Positions 1 to 9,862 of a DNA stretch of 64,000 nucleotides are shown here, piece by piece. This DNA is from Candidatus Bathyarchaeia archaeon (lineage in GTDB: Archaea; Thermoproteota; Bathyarchaeia; Bathyarchaeales; Bathycorpusculaceae), in assembly GCA_049512075.1 (NCBI GenBank), contig JBEKXL010000012.1:1-64000 (forward strand), given 5' to 3'. Under the pieces are notes generated by a model. The model was not told the DNA's origin, did not search any database, and worked only from the letters and a program-made list of their open reading frames with translations. Made by a program: the position numbers and the translations under genes. The first letter of the stretch is position 1, and each line of letters opens with the position of its first letter.

Positions 1-2
1 TA

Positions 3-590
3 GTACCCAACAACTTGACCCTGGCTGAACAAGGCTCAGCAACAGATGGCCTCCACGGATTATGGCCAGGACAAGCCGCGGTATCCGGCAACATCCTAGC
101 CGACGCACCCTTCACGCTGTCGCAACTGCAGAGCGACCCTGAAACCACTTTGGTTGGAACAGGCCCATGGAAGTATCGAGTAGGCAGCACAAATGCAGCA
201 TCATTCACCTATGGTGGGGGCATAACTCTTGATGTTTATGATGGCTTTTTCTTGAAGCCTGCGTTTGGTGAATTGGATTTCAGGTATAGATGGCTTAATA
301 CTTCTCCTAGTGCGCAACCTTCAGGTGGATACTACACGATAAGCTTAACTGACCTCGTGATGCTTGCAAACGCTTATGGAACAGTCGGAACACCCCCATC
401 AACAGTTCCTCTCGGAAGTATCCCAGGAACGTGTCAGATTTGGAACCCGGCGTGCAATGTTGCGGGGCCGTCGGGTGTCGTCGGCCTGTCAGACCTAGTC
501 ACGGTCGCTCTGCATTATCACTGGTGCTGGGGGAACTACAGCTACAACGCGCCTTATCCACCCTCTGAAATAGCCAACGGCGGACCATGA
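3..590 (+). CDS. 5'-partial surface protein, ABC peptide-binding (family 5)-like C-terminus with dockerin-like repeats
   Basis: Frame open from the window edge; VGTGPWKY motif; two SLxDLVxxAxxY dockerin-like repeats. Confidence 0.6.
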   Translation, partial: VPNNLTLAEQGSATDGLHGLWPGQAAVSGNILADAPFTLSQLQSDPETTLVGTGPWKYRVGSTNAASFTYGGGITLDVYDGFFLKPAFGELDFRYRWLNTSPSAQPSGGYYTISLTDLVMLANAYGTVGTPPSTVPLGSIPGTCQIWNPACNVAGPSGVVGLSDLVTVALHYHWCWGNYSYNAPYPPSEIANGGP

Positions 591-818
591 ACCCTCCACC
601 TCCAGTGTACGGCCGCTTTCTCCTTGCAAATGAATCAGAATACGATGTTAACGAGGGCAAAGTTGATGGCCTATCAGCCGCGCGCGTTGGACTTGGCCCC
701 GTTTGGGGTTCAATCCCGGCACGTCTGCACGTCGTTTATGATGGAACTCTTTTCTATAGCCAATCATAGAAAAAGTGAAATACTGCGCGCTGTAAATATA
801 ACCTGAATGTGACAGTCT

Positions 819-3014
819 ATGAATAAACGAGTCGCACATTCAATGATTTTGCTGCTTTTTGTTAACATATTGGTTTTAATTTCCAGATCAGCAGTAGCTC
901 AGGGAAGTCAGTCTCATTCAGGCCCATATTTGACGGTTGAGCCTCAAAACATCACGTTTGGTCCTGGACCCGCAGTAGGCCAAGAATTCACGATAACTGT
1001 AATGCTGCATAACGTCACCACCGCCAACGTTCCGGCCGGATTGGCTGGGCTCGAATTTTGGCTTGGTTGGGACTCAACGTTGATTCAGCCTGTAAACTTC
1101 ACTGACATGCTGGGCCAGCCGGGCGGAGTGTTGGCTGGTCCGGAGAGTTCACTGCTCTATATTACGAGTGCAGGCTTCTATCTGGCAGACGGATTCACAA
1201 AGGTAAGTAGCCCTCCGTATTCTAATGCCGCCCAATACGAAGTTGCGGCTGCGTCAACATGTGGGTGCATGGGATGGTGGGGGAATGGTATAGCGGCCGA
1301 GATCACATTTCAGGTGGTCAGTCAACCACCTTCGCCTACTAATTCGACTGTTGGCTTTATCTTCACAGACCTGGCTGACAGAAACACTGGACCTGTTGCC
1401 GTAGATTCTGAAAATGGCTACGTCTCAATTCTACCACAGTCTCCAACATCCGTTTCCTGTTCACCCAACCCTGCTTCCATCTTCCACAACGTTACCTGTA
1501 CGGCCACCGTCTCTAGGGTTAACCCAACGGGCACTATCACTTGGAGCACGAGCAGTGTTGGGGGGAGCTTCAGCCAGTCGGTCTGCACCTTGTCCAATAG
1601 AACCTGTTCTACCACGTACATCGACAACCTCACCGGCTGTGTAACCATCGCGGCGAGCTACAGTGGAGACTCGAACAACACGCCCAGTAGCGGCAGCACC
1701 AGCTTGACGGTCACGTCAAGCGGGCCTCTCTATTACAGCCAAAACTACACGAGCGTTCAAGCCGCAATCAACGCTGCGCCATCCGGAGCGAACGTCATAA
1801 TTGCCCCTGGCTTCTACGGCGAGTCTCTAACAATTAACAAGACGTTGACGATTATAGGTGAAAAAGACCCGCCCGTCTACGGGGGAGGAGCTTCAAGCAT
1901 CTATCTTACGTTGGGGTCTGGAGCGTCGGGCTCGACTGTTACGGGAATCGAGATAACCAACGTGCCCGAGGGCATACTCGTCGATAACGCCAGCAACTGC
2001 AGAATCTACGGCAACATCATGGCTTCCATAGGCAGCAGCGGAATCGTGCTTGAGGGAAACAACGCGACGGACAACATCATATTCGACAACATTTTCCAGG
2101 ACACGCCGACTCCGATCAACCTGACAGCTTCCGCAAGCGGCAACATCATATACGGCAACATAATCACCTCGCAAACCAGCGTGACCCTCAACATTGGAGC
2201 AGATGGAAACGTTGTCTACGGAAACTCCATGTCAGGAAACCAAATCCTATTGAACATGACGAACTCGAACGCCAACATTTTCTACCACAACAACTTCTTG
2301 GCCACCGCCCAATTAACCGTCCTAGCCACTGGAAACAGCACCTGGGACAACGGCTATCCCTCCGGCGGAAACTACTGGAGCGACTATTTGAAGAAACATC
2401 CTAACGCTGCTGAAATCGATAGTTCAGGTATTTGGAATATACCTTACCAAGTCGACAGCAACAACACGGATCATTACCCGCTGCTAAAGCCTTGGACAGT
2501 GGCGTCTGGCCACTGCGTCGCGGTCATCAGTGTCGTGGCGGCAAAGACCGTGATTGCGCAGGGCTTCAACTGCAGCCTAACGGTCTGCGCGGCCGACAAC
2601 GGCGAGTACGCTGAGTCGTTCAGCGTTACCGCGTACGCAAACGCCATGGGCATAGGCTCTCAACAGGTCAGCGGTCTGAATGCATCGTGTGGGATGGTTC
2701 TCAGGTTCGCGTGGAACACTGCGAGCCTCGTCTACGGAAACTACACGGTAAGTGCTTATGCACAGCCTGTTGCAGGCCAAACTGACATGTCAGGCAACGG
2801 CTTCACTTTGGGAACGGTGAAGGTTACGATTCCAGGCGACATCAACGGCGACTTCAAAGTCAGCCTCTCAGACCTGTCGCTACTAGCAAAGGCCTACGGC
2901 ACCACACCGGCCAGTCCAAAGTGGAACCCCAACGCAGACATAAACAGCGACGGCAAAGTCAGCCTATCCGACCTATCCCTACTAGCAAAACACTACGGAC
3001 AACACTATCCATAA
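819..3014 (+). CDS. Secreted modular protein: cohesin-like, Ig-like, NosD/PbH1 beta-helix, CARDB-like, C-terminal dockerin
   Basis: Signal peptide; NxIYGN repeats; WDNGYPSGGNYWSDY; GDINGDFKVSLSDL...NADINSDGKVSLSDL. Confidence 0.8.
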   Translation: MNKRVAHSMILLLFVNILVLISRSAVAQGSQSHSGPYLTVEPQNITFGPGPAVGQEFTITVMLHNVTTANVPAGLAGLEFWLGWDSTLIQPVNFTDMLGQPGGVLAGPESSLLYITSAGFYLADGFTKVSSPPYSNAAQYEVAAASTCGCMGWWGNGIAAEITFQVVSQPPSPTNSTVGFIFTDLADRNTGPVAVDSENGYVSILPQSPTSVSCSPNPASIFHNVTCTATVSRVNPTGTITWSTSSVGGSFSQSVCTLSNRTCSTTYIDNLTGCVTIAASYSGDSNNTPSSGSTSLTVTSSGPLYYSQNYTSVQAAINAAPSGANVIIAPGFYGESLTINKTLTIIGEKDPPVYGGGASSIYLTLGSGASGSTVTGIEITNVPEGILVDNASNCRIYGNIMASIGSSGIVLEGNNATDNIIFDNIFQDTPTPINLTASASGNIIYGNIITSQTSVTLNIGADGNVVYGNSMSGNQILLNMTNSNANIFYHNNFLATAQLTVLATGNSTWDNGYPSGGNYWSDYLKKHPNAAEIDSSGIWNIPYQVDSNNTDHYPLLKPWTVASGHCVAVISVVAAKTVIAQGFNCSLTVCAADNGEYAESFSVTAYANAMGIGSQQVSGLNASCGMVLRFAWNTASLVYGNYTVSAYAQPVAGQTDMSGNGFTLGTVKVTIPGDINGDFKVSLSDLSLLAKAYGTTPASPKWNPNADINSDGKVSLSDLSLLAKHYGQHYP

Positions 3015-3241
3015 TTTCGCTTCTCTGTCTCCTGAAGGGGCCAGAACAGGCAAACCGTAGTCTGTATCAGAAGCGTGGGCTGGCCGTAGAGGAAAGTTCT
3101 GTCGGTCAAAAAAGGGGTTTGCGCGGGAGAAATCTCCATTGCAAGCGATAATACGATTTATGACTTATTACGAGGCATTTATGCGTATTTTCGAACCATC
3201 ATGCGGGGCTCCCACAAATCATAAGAACTGTACGCACGAGA

Positions 3242-4264
3242 GTGTTAGCACGGCGCCTGCGTGTTTTCCGGGTGAAAGGCTTGGTTAAAGATGAACACTG
3301 GATAGGGATAGATCTAGGGGGCACATGGGTAAGGGTTGCCGTTTCGGACAAGAATGGGCACCTCATAGCGAAAACCAGTGAAAAGGTTGACAAGAGTAGT
3401 GCCAAGGCAATAAGTGACCAGATGATCAGACTTACCCGTTTCTTATGTAACAAGCATGGCTTTGGCATCAAATCTCTAAAGGGTGCCGGCATCGCAGCCA
3501 CAGGTCCCCTGGTCCAAGAGGAAGGCGTACTCATCCATCCGACCGCCATGCCATTTGACTACGTGCCCATCACGAAGCCCATCTCGGAGGAACTGGGCAT
3601 ACCATCATGCTTGATCAACGATGCTGCGGGCGCGGCTCTTGGCGAAAAAATGTTTGGCGCTGCGAAAGGACTAGACAACTATGCTTACATAACCATAAGC
3701 ACCGGCATAGGCTGTGGAGCGATTGTCAACGGCACTCTGCTCTTGGGAAAAGATGGCAACGCTCATGAAGTCGGTCACATCGTCATAGACTATGAAGGTC
3801 GGCTTACATGCGGCTGCGGAAAACGCGGCCACTGGGAAGCCTACTGCTCAGGGAGCAACATTCCAAACTTCATCAGAATGAGACTCAAAGACATGCCCAA
3901 AAAAACAGTGGAGGAAAGTATGCTGCTCAGAATGGTAGGAGGAGATTTGTCAAGGTTAAGTGCAATTGACCTGTTCGCCGCTGCAGGAAAGGCCGACAAC
4001 ATATCGACAAGACTGGTTGAGGAGATTGGGGTTTTGAACGCGATAGGCTTTGCGAACGTGATAAACGCTTATGATCCATCACTAATCACTGTTGGCGGGA
4101 CTGTAACGCTGAAGAACAGGGCGATGATTCTGAAACCGATAAGAAAGCACGTGAAAGACTACGTCATAAACAGAATCCCGAAAATAAAGATTACACCTCT
4201 CGGCGACGATGTCGGCCTTTACGGAGCCATTGCCGCCGCTTTGACATATATATCATGGCGTTGA
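3242..4264 (+). CDS. ROK family sugar kinase (glucokinase-like)
   Basis: GIDLGGT, NDA, STGIGCG, EVGH and CGCGKRGHWEAY motifs. Confidence 0.9.
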   Translation: MLARRLRVFRVKGLVKDEHWIGIDLGGTWVRVAVSDKNGHLIAKTSEKVDKSSAKAISDQMIRLTRFLCNKHGFGIKSLKGAGIAATGPLVQEEGVLIHPTAMPFDYVPITKPISEELGIPSCLINDAAGAALGEKMFGAAKGLDNYAYITISTGIGCGAIVNGTLLLGKDGNAHEVGHIVIDYEGRLTCGCGKRGHWEAYCSGSNIPNFIRMRLKDMPKKTVEESMLLRMVGGDLSRLSAIDLFAAAGKADNISTRLVEEIGVLNAIGFANVINAYDPSLITVGGTVTLKNRAMILKPIRKHVKDYVINRIPKIKITPLGDDVGLYGAIAAALTYISWR

Positions 4265-4474
4265 CAGCGCACGACTCTAAGATGAAACTCTACTGCGCGA
4301 GCTGAGAGGGGAGACAATGTCTGTCTTGGAATCTGACTTCGAAGTCAAACCCACGTCTGCCAGTACGCACGCTTGACCAGTAGCGCCTTGGCGATTATGA
4401 TTCGGATGTTGCTTCTGGGCGGAATAGGGAGCATGGCGCAAATATTTAATAGAAATGGCAGCTAACGCAGGTGT

Positions 4475-5146
4475 ATGATGAAGCGTATACTGGTTTTTGC
4501 AGCGCATCCTGACGACGATATCATAGGGTGCGGTGGCAGTCTGGCAAAGCACGTGAAACTGGGAAATCAGGTCTCTGTCTGTTACATGACTTCTGGAGAG
4601 GCTGGCAGTCTGGACCACTCCAAAGAGGAATTATCAAGAATAAGAGAAGAGGAAGCGAAGAACGCCGCTCAGGTAATTGGTTTCCAGGATCTGACCTATC
4701 TGAAAAATCCAGATGGCTATCTGCAATACGATCAGAGCAACTTGAAGAAGCTGGTTGAACTGATCAGAAAGAAGCAACCGAACATGGTTTATGTTCATCA
4801 CCCGTCTGATGGCCATCAGGATCACAGAGCGACTTTCCAGCTCGTGAATGAAGCATTGGCAAGAGCCAGTGTACGCCTATTCCAGGAATACACAGGGACT
4901 CCTTGGCCTACCGAGACCGTCTTGGCCTATGAAGTCTGGACGCCTCTCTTAGACTTCGAGTATGTGGAAGACATTTCGGAATTCATCGACAAGAAAGCCA
5001 CTGCCTTGAGGAAGCATGAGTCACAGATGGAGAATATTCGGTACGATGAAGCCTTCGAAGGCCTCGCCAGATACCGAGGAGCAATGACCGGAAAAGGCAA
5101 GTACTGCGAAGTCTTCAAAGTCACAAAGATATCCAATCTACCTTAG
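4475..5146 (+). CDS. PIG-L/LmbE family deacetylase
   Basis: AHPDDD, TSGE, HQDH and HESQ motifs. Confidence 0.9.
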   Translation: MMKRILVFAAHPDDDIIGCGGSLAKHVKLGNQVSVCYMTSGEAGSLDHSKEELSRIREEEAKNAAQVIGFQDLTYLKNPDGYLQYDQSNLKKLVELIRKKQPNMVYVHHPSDGHQDHRATFQLVNEALARASVRLFQEYTGTPWPTETVLAYEVWTPLLDFEYVEDISEFIDKKATALRKHESQMENIRYDEAFEGLARYRGAMTGKGKYCEVFKVTKISNLP

Positions 5147-5457
5147 CCGCTGTTTCCAGCCACGTCTTGAGTCAGCATAGAGTTTAAGCTGTTGACATGC
5201 AGTGGTTTGATGTTTGGACTCTTGCACGGGAGATAGAACATAATTCCATAATTCTTAAATCTGTTCCTGCGGAAAATACAGCGTCGCGAGAAGGAGAAGG
5301 TTAAGGCTGGAAAGAGGGGAGCGGCAACTAATCTATTCGCAGGACCGTCGATGACCCTCTTCCTCACAACATGGACGCTTCCTTCCGCTTTTGCCTCTGC
5401 AGCGGCACACTTTCCTGCCTGTTTTCTGTTGTTTTTCAGTTTCAGAACGTTTAAATT

Positions 5458-5817
5458 TTGGTTCGCCCTATTATTCTTTGGGAGAAGGGGGTTCCGAACA
5501 ACTCCTTACAAAGGTCTACACTGGTGAGTTTATTGATTGAACCTGAAGGGAACATCAGCAACAACCATCGCGGCAATTTCGACATCATCGCAGACATACT
5601 GGATGCTTCTTACGGCGGGGCTAAGAAGACTAATCTGATGTACCGCTGCAACCTCAGCTTTAAGCAATTGAAGGGCTACTCACGTTTCTTGCTTGGGAAC
5701 GGACTGTTACGCTTGAACGGCCGAACAAACAAATCTGACACTCTGACGTTAGAGGTTACTGAGAAAGGCCGAGAATTCCTGAAAGCCTACAGGGGCTTGA
5801 AAGCCCTTATGAAGTAG
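5458..5817 (+). CDS. Winged-helix transcriptional regulator (archaeal HTH_45-like)
   Basis: DIIADIL...KKTNLMYRCNLSF...TEKG; true start probably about 5533. Confidence 0.8.
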   Translation: MVRPIILWEKGVPNNSLQRSTLVSLLIEPEGNISNNHRGNFDIIADILDASYGGAKKTNLMYRCNLSFKQLKGYSRFLLGNGLLRLNGRTNKSDTLTLEVTEKGREFLKAYRGLKALMK

Positions 5818-6031
5818 CCTCTTTGGCTAGGAATTTTCGGACGGCTTCTTCAATCTTAATCTTGTTTTTAGTTTCATCAATTGCCACGAACTCGTACTCT
5901 TCCAGAAACAGTGCAATTTGCTGGATTTGGTCCTTGTTCAACTTCATTTTCCTTCGAATTCTCTGCAGCGTGTGCCATTCTCCGTCGCTTAGTATCTCCA
6001 GAACTCCCGCAATCTTGAAAGCCATCTGCAA
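5807..6031 (-). CDS. Small winged-helix protein
   Basis: LEILSDGEWH HTH start. Confidence 0.6.
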   Translation of the reverse strand: MQMAFKIAGVLEILSDGEWHTLQRIRRKMKLNKDQIQQIALFLEEYEFVAIDETKNKIKIEEAVRKFLAKEATS

Positions 6032-6209
6032 GTCCAGTAGAAGCTCATTGTTAGAATGCGTTTAAAGCCTTTCTGATGTTATCTTAGAGAAGTCTTTTCT
6101 AGAATATTCTTTCCTATTCATCTCAACTTCGGCATGGGACAAGGATTTCAAGGTCAAAGGCCCTCGAGCTGAAGTCGTCTTCAGCAAAGGCTTTAACGAA
6201 AGCAGTCGT

Positions 6210-7067
6210 ATGCAAGAACGGAGAGCTTTGATGAGACAGTACAATTGGCCGCAGATACTGGTACAGTGCAAGAACAGGATACAAGAGCAAATCGCTCCGC
6301 TGCTTAAGACGCTGGATCAACCTCAGCCAGACTTGGGCATCGGTGCAGGCGGGGATCCGATCAAAAAGATTGACTTGGCAGCTGAAAACGCCATCGTCGG
6401 TACGTTAACAGGGCGAGGGATCTCTTTCACGTTGATAAGCGAGGAATCCGGCGTGCGAGAACACGGGGAGAACCCTCAAGAATGCTACGTGACGGTTGAC
6501 CCCATTGACGGTACGACAAACTTGATGAGGAGACTTCCCTTCTACGCAACCTCAATTGCAGTGTCTGAGAAACCGTTCTTGGAGGATGTACACTCGGCCT
6601 TGGTCGCTGATTTATTCCATGATGTAACGTACACGGCGCAGAGCGGGAAGGGCTCCTGCCGTGGCGATGAACGCATCTCTCCATCTGACAACGTTTCACT
6701 CGAGAACGCCGTAATAGGCATGGACCTGAACAGCTACAAAGTGGATAGGATTGCTCCCAGACTGACAGGTTTGATTAAGAAAACGAAGCACATACGACAT
6801 TTCGGGGCTAACGCGCTGGAACTGTGCTACGTGGCGGACGGGTCAACGGACGCCTTCATCGACATTCGCGGAAAGCTGCGTACCACGGACGTGGCTGCTG
6901 CATGCCTGATTGTAAAAGAGGCGGGTGCAATCCTGACAACGTCGAATGGAAAACCCTTAGGTGCCAAGCTGGATCCGGGGCAGAAGGTCGAGTTCATAGC
7001 CGCTGCCAACGCTGAAATGCACCGGAGAATACTCGATTTGGTCAAGCCTGGAAAGGAAAAAGAATGA
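6210..7067 (+). CDS. suhB: Inositol monophosphatase / FBPase family
   Basis: SEE, DPIDGTTN and DVAAA motifs. Confidence 0.85.
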   Translation: MQERRALMRQYNWPQILVQCKNRIQEQIAPLLKTLDQPQPDLGIGAGGDPIKKIDLAAENAIVGTLTGRGISFTLISEESGVREHGENPQECYVTVDPIDGTTNLMRRLPFYATSIAVSEKPFLEDVHSALVADLFHDVTYTAQSGKGSCRGDERISPSDNVSLENAVIGMDLNSYKVDRIAPRLTGLIKKTKHIRHFGANALELCYVADGSTDAFIDIRGKLRTTDVAAACLIVKEAGAILTTSNGKPLGAKLDPGQKVEFIAAANAEMHRRILDLVKPGKEKE

Positions 7068-7906
7068 TAACGCCTCTGCCGCCGTATCCGGCTGCGCTTC
7101 TGAAATCGCGTGGAACGCGGCTCATGGCCATAGCCGACCTGCATTTAGGGTGGGAGATGTCTCTTTCAGGCAAGGGCATACACGTTCCATCGCAGACGCC
7201 GAAGCTTCTGAAGAAGCTCATCGACCTCATATCTGAATACAGGTCGAATGAAATCCTCGTGTTGGGCGACGTGAAGCACACGATTGCAACGGCGGAGAAG
7301 ATGGAGTGGCGCGACGTCCCCGACTTCTTCAACGCGTTAAGGAACCGTGTGCAACGAATATCCATCATTCGCGGTAACCACGACGGAAATCTTGAGCCGT
7401 TGCTGCCTGAGGGAATAACAGTTCTGCCGGCAACCGGCGTGGCCTTCGATGACGTGGGCTTTTTCCACGGGCACCAGTGGCCTTCGCCAGCCCTTCTGAA
7501 ATGCAAAACACTGGTGATGGGGCACGTTCACCCAGTTGTGGTGTTCCGCGACCCCGCGGGGTTCAGAGTGACCAGGCAGGTTTGGGTGAAAGCAGACTGT
7601 GACGGAAGCAGGCTTTCCAAAGTTCTCCTGCAGAAACACAGGATAAAGGTTGGAACCAGTGCAGAGGAGACTTTCCGTGAACATTACGGGACGAAACCCA
7701 AGACCTCGCAGCTTTTCATAATGCCCTCTTTCAACGATTTCTTAGGAGGCAGGCCGTTGAACGAGAGGAGACCCTCCGGAAGCAAGGCTGAACTGGTGAC
7801 CGGCCCTGTTCTCAGGTCGGAAGCCGTTGACATGAGGGCCGCTGAGGCGTACCTGCTTGACGGAACCTTGCTCGGAACGATTGAACAGCTCAGAGCCTTG
7901 AGCTGA
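7064..7906 (+). CDS. Calcineurin-like metallophosphoesterase
   Basis: DLHLG, GD, GNHD, HGH and GHVHP motifs. Confidence 0.9.
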   Translation: MITPLPPYPAALLKSRGTRLMAIADLHLGWEMSLSGKGIHVPSQTPKLLKKLIDLISEYRSNEILVLGDVKHTIATAEKMEWRDVPDFFNALRNRVQRISIIRGNHDGNLEPLLPEGITVLPATGVAFDDVGFFHGHQWPSPALLKCKTLVMGHVHPVVVFRDPAGFRVTRQVWVKADCDGSRLSKVLLQKHRIKVGTSAEETFREHYGTKPKTSQLFIMPSFNDFLGGRPLNERRPSGSKAELVTGPVLRSEAVDMRAAEAYLLDGTLLGTIEQLRALS

Positions 7907-7958
7907 GCCCTCGTGCGCGCACAACGTTTATAGATAAACGCATTCTTAATTCTAGACA

Positions 7959-8573
7959 ATGGTGATGGACGCTATGTCTTCGGAAGATGATTCTTCAAGG
8001 TGGCATAGGAGTAGACGTTCTCCCTTCTTCAGAAACTGGGGCTTTGATGACGTCGACAAGATTTTCGAAGAGATGGAGAAGATGATGGAAGAAGAGTTCA
8101 AAGACTTCGCCTCGCGGGTTCCGAAAGACTACGTGAAGGAACGCAAGCTGCCAGACGGTTCGACAGCGCGGGAGTTTGGGCCTTTCGTGTACGGCTACAG
8201 CATGGAGGTCGGTCCTGACGGGAAGCCTGAAATCCGCGAGTTTGGAAACGTGAAGCCTAGGAGAAACGGACTTCCCCACGTGCAGGAGGAGCGTGAGCCT
8301 CTGGTGGACATAGTTGAGACGAACGGTGAAATCCAGGTTGTGGCTGAACTGCCGGGGGTTGAGAAGAAGGAGATTAAGCTGAGCGGAACGGAAGACACTC
8401 TTACAATTGTGGTTGACAATCCTCAGCGCAAGTACTTCAAGGAGGTCTCGTTGCCCGGGAAAGTCAGGGTCCGGGAGGCGAGGTCGCAGTACAAGAACGG
8501 CGTTCTGGAAGTCACGTTGCCGAAGGCAAAGGATGGAAAGCCGCCTAGAGGCGAGCCCATAAACATAGAGTAG
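7959..8573 (+). CDS. hsp20: Archaeal small heat shock protein Hsp20
   Basis: GPFVYGYS, EPLVD, ELPGV and YKNGVLEV. Confidence 0.92.
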   Translation: MVMDAMSSEDDSSRWHRSRRSPFFRNWGFDDVDKIFEEMEKMMEEEFKDFASRVPKDYVKERKLPDGSTAREFGPFVYGYSMEVGPDGKPEIREFGNVKPRRNGLPHVQEEREPLVDIVETNGEIQVVAELPGVEKKEIKLSGTEDTLTIVVDNPQRKYFKEVSLPGKVRVREARSQYKNGVLEVTLPKAKDGKPPRGEPINIE

Positions 8574-8598
8574 CCTCGATTTTCAGTGGCGTCGCAGT

Positions 8599-9027
8599 TT
8601 GGGTAGTTCGCCTGTTATGGACCAAGAATCTGAGAATGAACTGCTGGTTACCGTGTGCAAAGAAGCTAAGGCAGAGGGCAAACTGACCGGCAAGGATTTG
8701 ACGAGGCTTTACGAGGTTTTTGGGCAGCGTTTCACGAGGGCTTTTGAGGCCTTGAAGGAGAATCGAGTGAAAAGGTATGTTTTCAGGCCGAGCGGCAAGA
8801 ACGTTTGGATAGTGGTTGGGAAGGAGCGGGATTACCTGATTATGCCTGAGGCTGAGTTCTGCACGTGTGACGATTTCTATTTTCGAGTCGTGGACAAGAA
8901 GGTTCACCTGTGCTATCATCTCATCGCGCAGAAGCTGGCTAAGGCTTTGGGCTGGTATGAGGGCATAGAGGAGCATGACGAGCTTTACGATTCGCTCATG
9001 AACGAGTGGAAAAAAGCTACTGTTTAA
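8599..9027 (+). CDS. SWIM zinc-finger protein
   Basis: CTCDDF...CYH motif. Confidence 0.8.
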   Translation: MGSSPVMDQESENELLVTVCKEAKAEGKLTGKDLTRLYEVFGQRFTRAFEALKENRVKRYVFRPSGKNVWIVVGKERDYLIMPEAEFCTCDDFYFRVVDKKVHLCYHLIAQKLAKALGWYEGIEEHDELYDSLMNEWKKATV

Positions 9028-9067
9028 ATATTCAAACTCTGATAGAGTGTGAAAGGAGGCTGTCCGC

Positions 9068-9187
9068 ATGGTAATAGGAGAATACTTTGTCCTGCTTCAG
9101 TACGTCATGATAGTTGCGACGTTCATAGCACTGGCCTTGATATTCCTGTACGTGTTTTACGGCAAAGAGGAAAAAGAAGAATCCTAA
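9068..9187 (+). CDS. Small 39-aa single-pass membrane protein (below the ORF track cutoff)
   Basis: AGGAGG upstream of the ATG; MVIGEYFVLLQYVMIVATFIALALIFLYVFYGKEEKEES. Confidence 0.6.
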   Translation: MVIGEYFVLLQYVMIVATFIALALIFLYVFYGKEEKEES

Positions 9188-9486
9188 ACCCGCGTGATGC
9201 CTGGCCTTCTGCGCAAAATCAGAAACATTATAACGCTTAGAACTGCTAGAATAATAGCAAACAGAATCAGCCACTGTGCTCTGGGGCCGGCGCCAAAGAC
9301 GATCGGGATTGGGCCGATGAAGATGATTCCTCCGAAGCTGGTTGAGCCGCCCTGGGAAACTATCGCTGCGATTGCGACGAGTATCAGCCCCACGAACATC
9401 GTTGAGAATCCGAGAATGAAAAGTGTAAGGAACTTTCGCGGTGTATTTTCATCGGAGGGTTCGGCTGTTTCACGCATTTGCGCCAC
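9184..9486 (-). CDS. DUF131 membrane protein
   Basis: GGIIFIGPIPIVFG signature. Confidence 0.85.
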   Translation of the reverse strand: MAQMRETAEPSDENTPRKFLTLFILGFSTMFVGLILVAIAAIVSQGGSTSFGGIIFIGPIPIVFGAGPRAQWLILFAIILAVLSVIMFLILRRRPGITRV

Positions 9487-9500
9487 GGCTTTTTCCTCGA

Positions 9501-9764
9501 TTACTTGGACAGGAAATGCAGCATTATGACCAACACTATGAGAAGTGTCGTGAGGACTATTGAGATCAGCAGGGCTGTCTTGAGTGATTATTTGTCTGTG
9601 CCGAAGACTATCGGGATTGGTCCGATTATTATCGCTCCGCCTCCTCTGGCCTTCCCTGCCTTTCTACTTTTTGACAGGAGGAGGAGTGCGGTTGCGACTA
9701 TCATGATTAGCATTTCGGCGAAGGCTAAGGCTGTGCCTAGGCTGTAGAGGGTTTGCGTGTTCAT
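9501..9764 (-). pseudogene. Second DUF131 gene with internal TAA
   Basis: MNTQTLYSLG...GGGAIIIGPIPIVFGTDK*SLKTALLISIVL; stop at 9588-9590 with the frame continuing. Confidence 0.8.
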
Positions 9765-9862
9765 TTTTTGCGGCGGTACTCCTTTTAATGTTTAGAGTCG
9801 CCGGCGGGTCTTAATAAGCTTTATAGCGTGAGTGATTTCACTTTTGCAGTGTTGAAGCAGAG

